Assembly: GCA_030424715.1 (NCBI GenBank)
Contig: JAUHWH010000010.1
Span: 15,543 to 79,542, forward strand
Length of the DNA: 64,000 nucleotides
DNA from: Bdellovibrionia bacterium
Lineage (GTDB): Bacteria > Bdellovibrionota > Bdellovibrionia > Bdellovibrionales > JAGQZY01
Reading direction: 5' to 3'
In this document: positions 30,373 to 39,483 of the stretch, piece by piece
Position numbering within the stretch: position 1 is the first letter of the stretch
How the letters are laid out: every line of letters starts with the position of its first letter
Notes under the pieces: model-generated
Seen by the model: only the letters and a program-made list of their open reading frames with translations
Database searches by the model: none
What the model was told of the DNA's origin: nothing
Program-made: the position numbers and the translations under genes

Positions 30373-31386
30373 ATGGAACACAATAAGCTTCGTGCTCCCC
30401 TTGAAACCGAAGATGTCGAGAACAATTGGGCGATCAGCTACGGCGATATGATCACCCTTCTGTTGGGCTTCTTTGTGATTTTCTTTAATATCAAATCTGA
30501 GACTATGAACCTCACCTTAATTAAAAAGGACTTGGACCAATATTTTGATTCAGCCACTGGTTCCCAAATCGATCGTTCGTTGGCTCAGCAAGATCCGCAA
30601 AAATCACAACATAATATTCCTATGCTGACAGCGGATATGAGCAATGTTTTGCAGATTAAATCAAATATCGAAGGCGAGCGCATCTTGGTTGAGTTTCCGG
30701 GGGTTAGCTTCTTTGGTTCGGCTTCGCATCAGTTAACAAAAGCTGGGGAACAGGCTCTGAATGATTTTTCAAAAGCCATACACTCCCATTTGGGTTTGTT
30801 TCGGCTAGTGGTTCGCGGATACACCGACGGTCGACCACTTCATTCCAAGTCTCGCTACAAAGACAATCTCGAACTCTCGGCTTTCCGCTCCATCTCAGCC
30901 ATTCGATATTTGGCTACCCGGGGGGTGAACCTCGATAAAATGCGAATTGCCGGCTACGGGGAATCTTCAAAAAGTCGCCAAGATAAAGATGAAAAGTCAG
31001 ACAATCAACGCAAGGTTGTAATTGTTATCGAGCCCTTGGATCACACAGAAAGAGCACCAGCAGCGGGTGTCGACGGGCCGGAGTCAGCATCAAAGGCCAT
31101 CGAGTCAGTGAAGGACGTGAGTATTCCCGGGAGAGACATTGCCTCCGCGACCCCTCAAGGGCTGGGCGGTGCCATCAAGCATCTGGCAGGAAGTCTGCCG
31201 TCCGTCGATCAGCTGCAGCAAGAGGCCTATCAGGTGGTATTCGAGGTCGACTCCCGAATCTCTGAGAACCAACTGTACCAGAAGCTTCTCGACTGGATGG
31301 TTCGTCAAAAACTGAAGTCCAAAGGCCATTCTGAAAGTAAAATTGAAAAAATGATGAAAAAACAAAAGAAAGGAGATGGTAAATGA
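30373..31386 (+). CDS. motB: MotB-family stator subunit with OmpA-like domain and C-terminal extension
   Basis: WAISYGDMITLLLGFF (conserved Asp), VRGYTD, NLELSAFRS, AGYGE, QRKVVIVI. Confidence 0.88.
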   Translation: MEHNKLRAPLETEDVENNWAISYGDMITLLLGFFVIFFNIKSETMNLTLIKKDLDQYFDSATGSQIDRSLAQQDPQKSQHNIPMLTADMSNVLQIKSNIEGERILVEFPGVSFFGSASHQLTKAGEQALNDFSKAIHSHLGLFRLVVRGYTDGRPLHSKSRYKDNLELSAFRSISAIRYLATRGVNLDKMRIAGYGESSKSRQDKDEKSDNQRKVVIVIEPLDHTERAPAAGVDGPESASKAIESVKDVSIPGRDIASATPQGLGGAIKHLAGSLPSVDQLQQEAYQVVFEVDSRISENQLYQKLLDWMVRQKLKSKGHSESKIEKMMKKQKKGDGK

Positions 31387-33062
31387 AGTATTTATTAATC
31401 TCAATGATCGTCTGTTTTTGTTCCAATGGGTTTGCCTCTCGTTTGATCGAGGTGGAAGACTATTATTCGCAAAAGGCGTCGGACTACATTAAGACCCGGT
31501 ACCCCCGTAAAGCTTTTTCAATTTATGTGAAAGTCGATGCCGAAGACAAACCACAGGTTAGGCAACCCAACAGCAGTGATCAGCAAGCCTTAAACCTTCC
31601 GTATCTTGATCAAGTCGACCCTAAGGCCTTGAGCTTCTGGGACCGCAAAGATGTTTCCCTTGGCACCTTGATCTCTTATCTTCGTGGTGTTTTTGTAAAA
31701 GTCGATATCGATGGTGATTTTTCTGATCAAGAATTAGATCAATTCAAATCTGAACTTTTTCAACATTTAAAGCTTTCAGAACTATACGATCGGGTCGATA
31801 TCAACCGTCGACAGTGGCAGGGCGATTCATTTATAAATAAAAGTCGTCCCTTTTTAATTGTGGGTGCTCTAGGAATTCTGGGGCTTGCCGCTCTGTTGTT
31901 CCTGATTCTCCAATTGGGTGTTAGTCGTCTGGTAAAGGGCTTGGCGCAACCCCTCAGCGAGATTGGGCGATCCACCGAAAACCTTTCTAACAGCTCATCG
32001 ATGATGGCTGATTTGGGGGGAGGTTTTCAGCTGGCGAACCAGCGTTGGGACGAAGGGGTTCTTCCCACTGATCACGAAGAAAAAATAAAGAATGATATCC
32101 AACGTCTGTCCCACTTCATGAGTCACCCGGATGCTGAACTGATTCAGACCATTGAGCAACTGGGGGCGAAAGATCCTTTAGCCATGGGATCAATATTTGC
32201 TCAGATGCCAACCGAGGATCTGCAAGGTCTAATCACTTGGGCACGGGGCGACTGGTGGCGCGTTGCGATCACCCAGATGACGCCCCTAACGGCCCATTCG
32301 GCTGATTGTATTGGAGAAATTTCGAGACTTAATATTAGAAAGCAATTACTCGGTGAAGTCCATTCCGATGATCTGCAGGATTTAAAGAGAGTCCTGGCTC
32401 GCTTGGATGTGAAACACTTCGGAGAGCTTTTTAAAGGTTATAAGTTCGAAGAGGCTCAGAGCTTTTTGCGGATGTTGCCTCAAACGACCATGATTAACGT
32501 TGCCAAGTATCTGTACCCGGGTCAGTGGGCCGAGCTATTAGAAGCCGCCGAATCGGCTAAGCCTATCTCTTCTGCCCAAGCTAAAAAAGTACACGATAAG
32601 GCTTTGGAGATCTGTCCCTTAAAATCAGAAACCGAGATTGCGGGCTACTTTCGAGACGCCGACCTTTTGAATCTTTTAGATCGCTCCACCACCAAGGATG
32701 AACGAGAAATTTATAAAGTGTTAGACGATAGTTCTTGGATCAAGCGAGAGCGAGTGCCCTTCTACAGTCTCTTTCAGGAGTCCAAAGATGTGTTGGAACG
32801 TTTGGGTTCTGATCTTCCTTTAGAATTGTGGGCCTTGGCGATCACAGCTTGTGACCGGCAAGAGTGTGAGACTTTATTCGAGCATTTTACAGCCAAGCAG
32901 CGTTTTATGATGCGCAACTTCAAAACCAAGTTCACCGAGCAGCGTCCCCATGAGATCGCTGTGGTCGCTGCCAAAAAGAGAATTTTAAACTCGTTGGTGC
33001 AAATCAAGTCTCGACTCGAGGTTACAGAGGGTGAAGGAGAGCTCAATGAAGCCGCTGCTTAG
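31383..33062 (+). CDS. Membrane-anchored FliG-like protein with periplasmic FliF-RBM3-like domain (putative FliF-FliG fusion)
   Basis: Signal peptide; LRGVFVKVDIDGDFSDQELDQFKSELFQHLKL..YDRVDI; one TM helix; LLNLLDRSTTKDEREI and PFYSL..LERLGSDLPLELWALAI..AAKKRILNSL resemble FliG C. Confidence 0.65.
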   Translation: MKYLLISMIVCFCSNGFASRLIEVEDYYSQKASDYIKTRYPRKAFSIYVKVDAEDKPQVRQPNSSDQQALNLPYLDQVDPKALSFWDRKDVSLGTLISYLRGVFVKVDIDGDFSDQELDQFKSELFQHLKLSELYDRVDINRRQWQGDSFINKSRPFLIVGALGILGLAALLFLILQLGVSRLVKGLAQPLSEIGRSTENLSNSSSMMADLGGGFQLANQRWDEGVLPTDHEEKIKNDIQRLSHFMSHPDAELIQTIEQLGAKDPLAMGSIFAQMPTEDLQGLITWARGDWWRVAITQMTPLTAHSADCIGEISRLNIRKQLLGEVHSDDLQDLKRVLARLDVKHFGELFKGYKFEEAQSFLRMLPQTTMINVAKYLYPGQWAELLEAAESAKPISSAQAKKVHDKALEICPLKSETEIAGYFRDADLLNLLDRSTTKDEREIYKVLDDSSWIKRERVPFYSLFQESKDVLERLGSDLPLELWALAITACDRQECETLFEHFTAKQRFMMRNFKTKFTEQRPHEIAVVAAKKRILNSLVQIKSRLEVTEGEGELNEAAA

Positions 33063-33603
33063 TGCTCTTTGTTTTGTATTTCTTTCGTCAGCGGTACAGG
33101 CGGCTCCCGGGCAACTGGCGTTTCGTGGCGGGAGCTGGAGCTTTGCCACAGAGGGTGTTCGTTCCGGAGGGCAAACCAGTTCTGGTGTGGGTGCCTATTC
33201 TTTTGAGGTAGGGTACAGCTTCTACCCTAAATGGCTTGTTGTCGTGGGCTTTAATGTCATCATGAGTAGTCTGATCTCAGGAAGTTCAGGCTACGGTTTT
33301 GATCTGGGAGGAAAGTACTATCCTCTGACGTCTACGGGTAGTTCCGACTTAGACTCGGAGTACACCAGCGTAAGTATTTATGAAACCTGGCGACCTTACG
33401 TTGGACTTTTCATGCGTCAGCGCCTGTTTGGGCTGGCTCTTGCCACCAGCTATATCGGTCCCGGAGCCAGTGTTGGCGTCGACTACGCCCTTTCGAAAAA
33501 CTGGTTGGTCACCGCCGAGTACCGCTACGACTATCTTTACGGTCCGGGCACCACCATTGCCGTTCAAAACAATATCATGATCGGTGCCGGCTTCGAGTTT
33601 TAA
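33046..33603 (+). CDS. Outer-membrane beta-barrel protein (8-strand-like)
   Basis: Signal peptide, alternating aromatic/Gly strands (GGKYYP, RPYVG, GVDYAL, EYRYDY), C-terminal GAGFEF beta-signal. Confidence 0.8.
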   Translation: MKPLLSALCFVFLSSAVQAAPGQLAFRGGSWSFATEGVRSGGQTSSGVGAYSFEVGYSFYPKWLVVVGFNVIMSSLISGSSGYGFDLGGKYYPLTSTGSSDLDSEYTSVSIYETWRPYVGLFMRQRLFGLALATSYIGPGASVGVDYALSKNWLVTAEYRYDYLYGPGTTIAVQNNIMIGAGFEF

Positions 33604-33653
33604 ACAAACACCAGAACCAAAATTACAACAGGCTCAAGACCGAGCCCTTATCA

Positions 33654-36600
33654 TTAGGGGCTCAGCTTTACTTTTCGAATGGTGTGGTTGTAGGTGTCAC
33701 TGATGTAGAGATCACCGTTAGCATCAAAGGTGATATTGGATGGGTAGAGCAGGGTTGCTGACAGCGCGTTGATTCCTTCTTGAGAAAAATCAAAAGTAGA
33801 GCCGCCTGTCGGAGAAGCTTCGGGGTGACCAGCCACAGTTTGCACCGTACCATTGCTGGTGTTGATACAGCGAACGTTGTGGCGATTTCGTTGGGCGTAG
33901 CAAAGTTGAGTGCCACGAATGGCTAGGCCTGTGGGCTGATTGCATCGGGCTGAGGTAGCAAGAATATTTTCACTGGTACTACCACCGGTTCCTGACAAAC
34001 AGGCGATCACGGCCACATTGTTGGGATTAATAGTGATGCCTCCGATAGTGATCGGCGCCACCGTTCGGTTCCAATACCAAATGTGATGATTGTTATAGTC
34101 AGAAATAAAGAGGTTGCCTACCGAGTCGATAGCTAGGCCACGAGGGCGATTGAAACGGGCCGCCGCCTCGGCGACGTTGTTGCCGGGATCACCAGAAGTC
34201 CCGCAAAGCCCTAGCACAGTCGTCATGTTACCGGACGAGTCCACTCGGCGAATACAATGGTTCATGGTGTCCGCGATGAACATCTCAATGTTTCCACCAT
34301 TGTTGTAAAACTTGACGGAATTAGGATAGTTCATCTGAGCACTGAGTGCCGGGCCATCTGCGGTACCCGAGGTGCTCCAATCACCAGCAACTGTTGATAT
34401 TCGGTCGTTTTGGATGAACTGACCAAAATAAATGGTGTCGCTACCACTGCGATTCCAAAGTCTAACATTATGCCCGTAGCTGTTGAGCTGCGCCAATGTG
34501 CCATCGGTCCAAAGGTCAAAACCATTGTTCATCGAATTGTTACCGTTGATGTTGGTGCGAAGCCTGGCATTGGTCGGAATGTCATTATCGATAATGGGAT
34601 CGGCAGCACCATCGATACCCCCAACAACGGTTTGCATTCGGCCGAAGCGATCCACCTCTCGAATATTAAAGTTATTTTGGTCGGCCACAAAAAGTGATTG
34701 GGTGTTGTCGTCAAAGGCGAGGCCCGTTGGAAAGTCAAAAAGGTGCTGGAAGCTTGGTAAAAGATTGTTTCCGTAGAAACCATTTTTCCCACGACCAGAT
34801 CCGGCCAAATCGGTGACGTCTCCGGTGGCCACATTAACCTCGCGAACCCGAAAATTGTTGTAGTCCGATATAATCAATCGAGAGTTGTCTTGGTTGTCCA
34901 CTGTGATTTGATAAAAGTCGTCGAATCGTGTACTGGCCAAACCAAGACTCGAGCCATTATAGCCACCGGCAGGGTTGTTTATTAATCCAATTTGGCCAGC
35001 GACTACGGTCAGCCCATCAATGGTGATGGGGCCAGCGGAGTTGTTACCAAAAACCAAGTCGTCGGTGCGTCGAGCAGTGACATAAATCTCGTTACCATTG
35101 CGAACGGTGATAGAAGAGGGCTCAGCCACATCCGAACTCAAGGGGTTGCCAGCGGCGGGGGTGGCTCCGTTGCCACCATCTCCCATAATCGTGCTTATCA
35201 TACCTGGGTTGACGGTCACTTGATCGGCATTGCCGTTCCAAAAAACGATAGGCGCAGCCGTGGTGTTTACAAATCGAACGCGATCATGGGTGTATGAAGT
35301 AATGTATAATCCATTGCTATCGACAAAGAGTCCGTATGGGGTGCCAACACCCGAGGATGTAGGCACAGCATTCTCACCGGCAACATCGTTGCCTCCGTCA
35401 CCGGCCGCCGTGTAGGCAAGGTCGGTTGTAAGGTCCCAGCGTTTCACACGATGTTCGTTGTAGCAGGTGACATAGAGGTTGGTACCAAGGTTCGCCAAGT
35501 GAATGGGACGATCGCAGTCATGGTTAAAAGCAGTATCACCATCGGCATGGGAAGGACCGCCACCGAGGCCAACAAATACCGTTCCACTTGAGTTGATATA
35601 CTTCACTTGGTTGCCGTCGTATTCGGCGACGTAGAGACGATCGTTTCCGTCGTCGTACCAAAGGCCCCTTGGGCTATTGAGTGGCGAGAGTGTAGCCTGT
35701 AGAGCGGCACTCCCTGTGGCGTCTTCACCGGTACCGGCCACCACTTGGATGGCTCCGGCAGCAATGGTTTGTCCAATGCGAGAGACGGCCGCTCCAGAGC
35801 GGTTCCAAAACCACACCACATTGTTTTCTATGTCCGAGATAAACAAGTTTCCGGCAGCATCTTGGGTGTGAGCGAAGGGGCGAAATCGTAACGGGAAAGT
35901 GGTATTGTTGACGGCCAGTCCACTTCCTTTGTGGGCACTACCGGCAAAGGTACAGATTTGGCCCGTGCTCAGTTGGTTGCAAGCTTGCGGAAAATAATTC
36001 ACTTCGACATTCCATGTCTCGGAGTCTGTTTTGGTTCCGTCACTGACTGTTAAAGTCACAGTATTAGCACCCACAACCGACGCATCACCTGAAAGGACTC
36101 CAGTGCCAGAGGTCCCTGTCACCCGAGGCGAAGTGGCTCCATTAAAAGTCCAAGTGTAGGTGAGGGTGTCGCCGTTGGGGTCAGTGGCCGAGGCTTGAAT
36201 ATTGGTGGTCGAGTCATAAGAAACTTTCGGGGTTCCTGTGGTGATCGCCGTTATCACGGGAGGACCATTGACTTTGATGGTCCATGTTTTTTGACGAGAG
36301 GCAGATCCATCGCTGGCGGTGGCGACCAGGGTATGGTTACCGACGGTGCCAAGAGTACCGGTTACTGAAAAACTATTAACCGCGGCAACGGGTGCGCCGT
36401 CATAGGTCCACGAATAGCTAACCACATTGGGGATTGGAGCCACAGCACTTATGGTGAAATCTCTACTGTCTCCGATTTCGATAGTGACGTTGGTTTGCTC
36501 TGGAGTGGAACTGATGATTTGTAGACTGTCGGCATTCGAGCTGCCACTACCACCACCGCCGATAAGGAGATCAAGACTGTCGTCCTCCTGCTTACAAGAA

Positions 36601-36659
36601 GACAGAGTAAAACCGATTACCAAAGACAACAGAATATAAAATAAACGTCGATTCATCAT
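33654..36659 (-). CDS. Large surface lipoprotein with Ig/PKD-like domains and multiple NHL-repeat beta-propellers
   Basis: Lipobox LSSC; YSWTYDG and ATDPNGDTLTYTW Ig-like motifs; repeated P.GLA.D..GNLFISD..NH.IR NHL motifs. Confidence 0.85.
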   Translation of the reverse strand: MMNRRLFYILLSLVIGFTLSSCKQEDDSLDLLIGGGGSGSSNADSLQIISSTPEQTNVTIEIGDSRDFTISAVAPIPNVVSYSWTYDGAPVAAVNSFSVTGTLGTVGNHTLVATASDGSASRQKTWTIKVNGPPVITAITTGTPKVSYDSTTNIQASATDPNGDTLTYTWTFNGATSPRVTGTSGTGVLSGDASVVGANTVTLTVSDGTKTDSETWNVEVNYFPQACNQLSTGQICTFAGSAHKGSGLAVNNTTFPLRFRPFAHTQDAAGNLFISDIENNVVWFWNRSGAAVSRIGQTIAAGAIQVVAGTGEDATGSAALQATLSPLNSPRGLWYDDGNDRLYVAEYDGNQVKYINSSGTVFVGLGGGPSHADGDTAFNHDCDRPIHLANLGTNLYVTCYNEHRVKRWDLTTDLAYTAAGDGGNDVAGENAVPTSSGVGTPYGLFVDSNGLYITSYTHDRVRFVNTTAAPIVFWNGNADQVTVNPGMISTIMGDGGNGATPAAGNPLSSDVAEPSSITVRNGNEIYVTARRTDDLVFGNNSAGPITIDGLTVVAGQIGLINNPAGGYNGSSLGLASTRFDDFYQITVDNQDNSRLIISDYNNFRVREVNVATGDVTDLAGSGRGKNGFYGNNLLPSFQHLFDFPTGLAFDDNTQSLFVADQNNFNIREVDRFGRMQTVVGGIDGAADPIIDNDIPTNARLRTNINGNNSMNNGFDLWTDGTLAQLNSYGHNVRLWNRSGSDTIYFGQFIQNDRISTVAGDWSTSGTADGPALSAQMNYPNSVKFYNNGGNIEMFIADTMNHCIRRVDSSGNMTTVLGLCGTSGDPGNNVAEAAARFNRPRGLAIDSVGNLFISDYNNHHIWYWNRTVAPITIGGITINPNNVAVIACLSGTGGSTSENILATSARCNQPTGLAIRGTQLCYAQRNRHNVRCINTSNGTVQTVAGHPEASPTGGSTFDFSQEGINALSATLLYPSNITFDANGDLYISDTYNHTIRKVKLSP

Positions 36660-36666
36660 AATAAAG

Positions 36667-36694
36667 TTATCGGTATTTTCTTAATATCCATTAA
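36667..36694 (-). promoter_or_regulatory. Putative sigma-28 promoter for the NHL lipoprotein gene
   Basis: Minus strand TTAA-N16-ACCGATAA, 7 nt upstream of the ATG. Confidence 0.5.
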
Positions 36695-36746
36695 GAAGTT
36701 ATCATTTTGATGCAAAAAAATTGAAGTCAGTCTCTCATTTTGAGAC

Positions 36747-36923
36747 ATGATCAAAGAGGCTAATAGCGATCTCCATTCGCTCGCTGGTTTCGCAGGGAGG
36801 GGGCTGCGTTCATTGGTGGTTTCTCTCAAAGCGGACTACTCGGCCGGGAAGCTACAAAGATCGCTGGACGAACAAGAAAAACGAGAGAAAGAGCGCCGCG
36901 AGCGAGAAGAAGAGGAGCGATAG
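36747..36923 (+). CDS. Possible small protein or gene remnant (58 aa) with charged tail
   Basis: MIKEANSDLHSLAGFAGRGLRSLVVSLKADYSAGKLQRSLDEQEKREKERREREEEER; no clear RBS. Confidence 0.3.
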   Translation: MIKEANSDLHSLAGFAGRGLRSLVVSLKADYSAGKLQRSLDEQEKREKERREREEEER

Positions 36924-37218
36924 AGCATTCTGAGACCATCCCAGTAGTGACTCTGCACAGCCGGAGAGATGAGGGCTTCGGCACGTAGAGAAAGATGAAA
37001 ATTTGGGCACCCACAGAAGAGGAGGCCTCTTGAGGGCCTCCAGGGTACTCACTTTAATGTCTCTGTGGCCCCAGCACTCCGCCCATCTGCGCCGCTCAAA
37101 AACGCGCCGTTCCAAAAGTCCTAATCCCTCTGATTATATCTTTAAGAAACAGCCGGCATGTGAGAAAACTTTCACCTATTCAAAACCACCGATAGTTCTA
37201 TAGTTTCAAGGGGATGCA

Positions 37219-38415
37219 ATGGGTACGACCACAAATCGAAGAGGCACTTCTAAAAAAGCCAAAAAGAAAAAGGTTGTTGCGAAAAAGAAAACTCACAAAA
37301 AGAAAAGTCCGGCTAAGTCCGAGGCAAAAAAGGTTCGCAAAGCGGCCTCTAAAAAAGCCACAACATCTAAAAAAGCAGCCTCAATCAAAGGCTCTTCGAC
37401 AAGAAGCAAAGTGATTGGTAGCAAACTGAAGTTGGACAAGTCTCTGCTGTTAAAAATGTACGATCTGATGGTTCAGTCTCGAGTTCTCGAAGAACGCATG
37501 ATTCAGGTTTATCGTAAGGGAGGCGCTTATTTTTGGATTGGAGCCCCTGGTGAGGAGGCTTTTGGAGTTCCACTCGGTCTGTTGGGTAAAAAGGGGCAAG
37601 GCCCACAATACGACTATTGGCATTTGCACTACCGTGGGACTCCCACCCTGTTGGCATTGGGGATGGACCCAGCCGATGCCCTGCGCTTAATTATGAACAA
37701 GGCGACCGACCCTTCGACGGGAGGGCGTAACTTCTCGAACCACTATTGCTTTCCGCAGTGGAACGTGGTGCCCGTGTCGTCTCCTATTGAAGTTCAGTAT
37801 TCTATGGCCATCGGCACTGGGATATCGCAACGTCGTCATCAATCCAAAGGGGTGTCTATCATCACCGGTGGCGATGCCGGAAGTGCTGAAGGCGACTTTG
37901 CGAGTGCCTTGGTTTGGGCCAGCCGTCCAGGCTTTGAACTCCCCATGTATATTACCGTGCAAAACAATCGCTGGGGAATTTCCACAAGCTACGGCACCCA
38001 ACATGGAGAAAAACATGTGTCCGATCGAGGCAAGGCCTTTGGGATTCGTACAAGGGTGCATAATGGAAACGACCCCATAGAAGCTTACCTCGCCATGCAA
38101 GATGATCTTGCGTATATTCGAAAAACTGGCAAACCGGTGGTGGCTGAATTTGAAGTCTCTCGTCTTTATGGCCACTCCTCCGCCTCGGGAGCCAATCGAA
38201 TCGAGGGTGAAGAATGCTGTGTCGAGATGTTCACAAAAAAGTTAGTCGACAATGGAGCTTTGACGACCCAAAAGGCAAAAAAGATTTGGGACGAACATTT
38301 CAATACAATTAAGAAGCTCGCTGACAAGGTGTCTACTGAAGCCAACCCTAGTGCTGATAGTATTTGGGACCACACTTATGTGAATAGTGAAAATGCAGAC
38401 TGGAGGAATTTCTAA
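37219..38415 (+). CDS. 2-oxoacid (probably branched-chain) dehydrogenase E1 alpha with Lys-rich N-terminal extension
   Basis: TPP motif GDAGSAEGDF...QNNRWGIS; RLYGHSS. Confidence 0.88.
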   Translation: MGTTTNRRGTSKKAKKKKVVAKKKTHKKKSPAKSEAKKVRKAASKKATTSKKAASIKGSSTRSKVIGSKLKLDKSLLLKMYDLMVQSRVLEERMIQVYRKGGAYFWIGAPGEEAFGVPLGLLGKKGQGPQYDYWHLHYRGTPTLLALGMDPADALRLIMNKATDPSTGGRNFSNHYCFPQWNVVPVSSPIEVQYSMAIGTGISQRRHQSKGVSIITGGDAGSAEGDFASALVWASRPGFELPMYITVQNNRWGISTSYGTQHGEKHVSDRGKAFGIRTRVHNGNDPIEAYLAMQDDLAYIRKTGKPVVAEFEVSRLYGHSSASGANRIEGEECCVEMFTKKLVDNGALTTQKAKKIWDEHFNTIKKLADKVSTEANPSADSIWDHTYVNSENADWRNF

Positions 38416-39473
38416 TGGCAAATATGGCGCAATCCATTCGAATGGCTCTTCATTTCGCAGAAAAAAACTTAAAATTGACAGACGTCTTTGGGCAAGATGC
38501 TGGCCCACCCATGGGCGGTGTTTTTACCGCCACTCAAGGTGTGGAGTGTGCGTGGAACACTCCTCTTGATGAGCGCGGCATTGTGGGAGCGGCCATGGGT
38601 ATTGCTCTTGCCGGAGACCGTTGTGTGGCCGAAATTCAATTTTGCGATTATATCTTTAACACGATCGACCTGTTAAAAATTGCGGGGAACACCTTGTGGG
38701 TGTCCAATGGTAATTACCCGATGCCGCTGACCTTGATGACGCCTGTGGGTGCCGGGATCCGTGGCTCGATCTACCATTCTCACAGTTTTGATGCGTGGGC
38801 CACTCGCTTGCCCGGTTGGAAGATTGTTATGCCATCGACTCCGCTCGATGCATACGGCCTACTGCTGGCGGCGATTAAAGATCCCAACCCTGTTATGTTT
38901 TTAAAACCGAAGGCTTTACTAAGGGTGCGAGGTGAAGAGTTGATCCCTGGTGAGCCAGAGAGCGAAAAAGAGCTGAAAGCCATGATCGATGCTCCCTTAG
39001 GGGATCGCTCTCAGTGGCAGCCGAAATGGCCTAAAGTTGAAGACGTCTCCATCGAGATTGGTAAAGCTAAGATCACCCGCCAAGGTAAAGACCTGACGTT
39101 GGTGACTTATGGTCGCAACGTCTTGATGGCTAACTCAGTGGCCGACCAACTGAAAAAAGACAAAGGTCACGAGATAGAAGTCATTGATTTGAGATCACTG
39201 TACCCCTACGATTGGCAATGCGTGAAAACTTCGATCCAAAAAACCAAGCGGGTCTTGTTTTTAAACGAAGACACGGAGGTGACAAACTTCGGAGAGCACC
39301 TGGCCTATCGAGCCACACAAGAACTATTTTACGATTTACTAGCAAAACCCAAAGTCTTAGCTGCGAAGAATACACCCGGAATTGGTCTTTACGCTGAGCT
39401 TGAAGAAAACACAGTTCCACAAACTAAAGATATTATGGAGGCAGCCCTTGACGTACTTAATGAAATCCCGTGA
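38415..39473 (+). CDS. 2-oxoacid dehydrogenase E1 beta
   Basis: GGVFTATQG, NTPLDERGIVG, AEIQFCDY, YHSHS, DPNPVMFL, EVIDLRSL.P.D; TAATG coupling. Confidence 0.9.
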   Translation: MANMAQSIRMALHFAEKNLKLTDVFGQDAGPPMGGVFTATQGVECAWNTPLDERGIVGAAMGIALAGDRCVAEIQFCDYIFNTIDLLKIAGNTLWVSNGNYPMPLTLMTPVGAGIRGSIYHSHSFDAWATRLPGWKIVMPSTPLDAYGLLLAAIKDPNPVMFLKPKALLRVRGEELIPGEPESEKELKAMIDAPLGDRSQWQPKWPKVEDVSIEIGKAKITRQGKDLTLVTYGRNVLMANSVADQLKKDKGHEIEVIDLRSLYPYDWQCVKTSIQKTKRVLFLNEDTEVTNFGEHLAYRATQELFYDLLAKPKVLAAKNTPGIGLYAELEENTVPQTKDIMEAALDVLNEIP

Positions 39474-39483
39474 GGCCAATGCA

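Noticed and set aside
29579-31386. Zorya (ZorAB) anti-phage system
   Set aside because: The MotA is 263 aa with flagellar-type 4-TM motifs and no long cytoplasmic tail; no ZorC/D/E-like genes are adjacent
29579-31386. ExbBD/TolQR/AglRQS-type motor
   Set aside because: The B subunit has the MotB W..SY.D..TLL TM motif and an OmpA-like domain, not an ExbD/TolR domain; no TonB-like partner
37169-37195. Sigma-28 promoter before E1 alpha (ACCGATAG)
   Set aside because: No acceptable -35 element at 15-16 nt spacing
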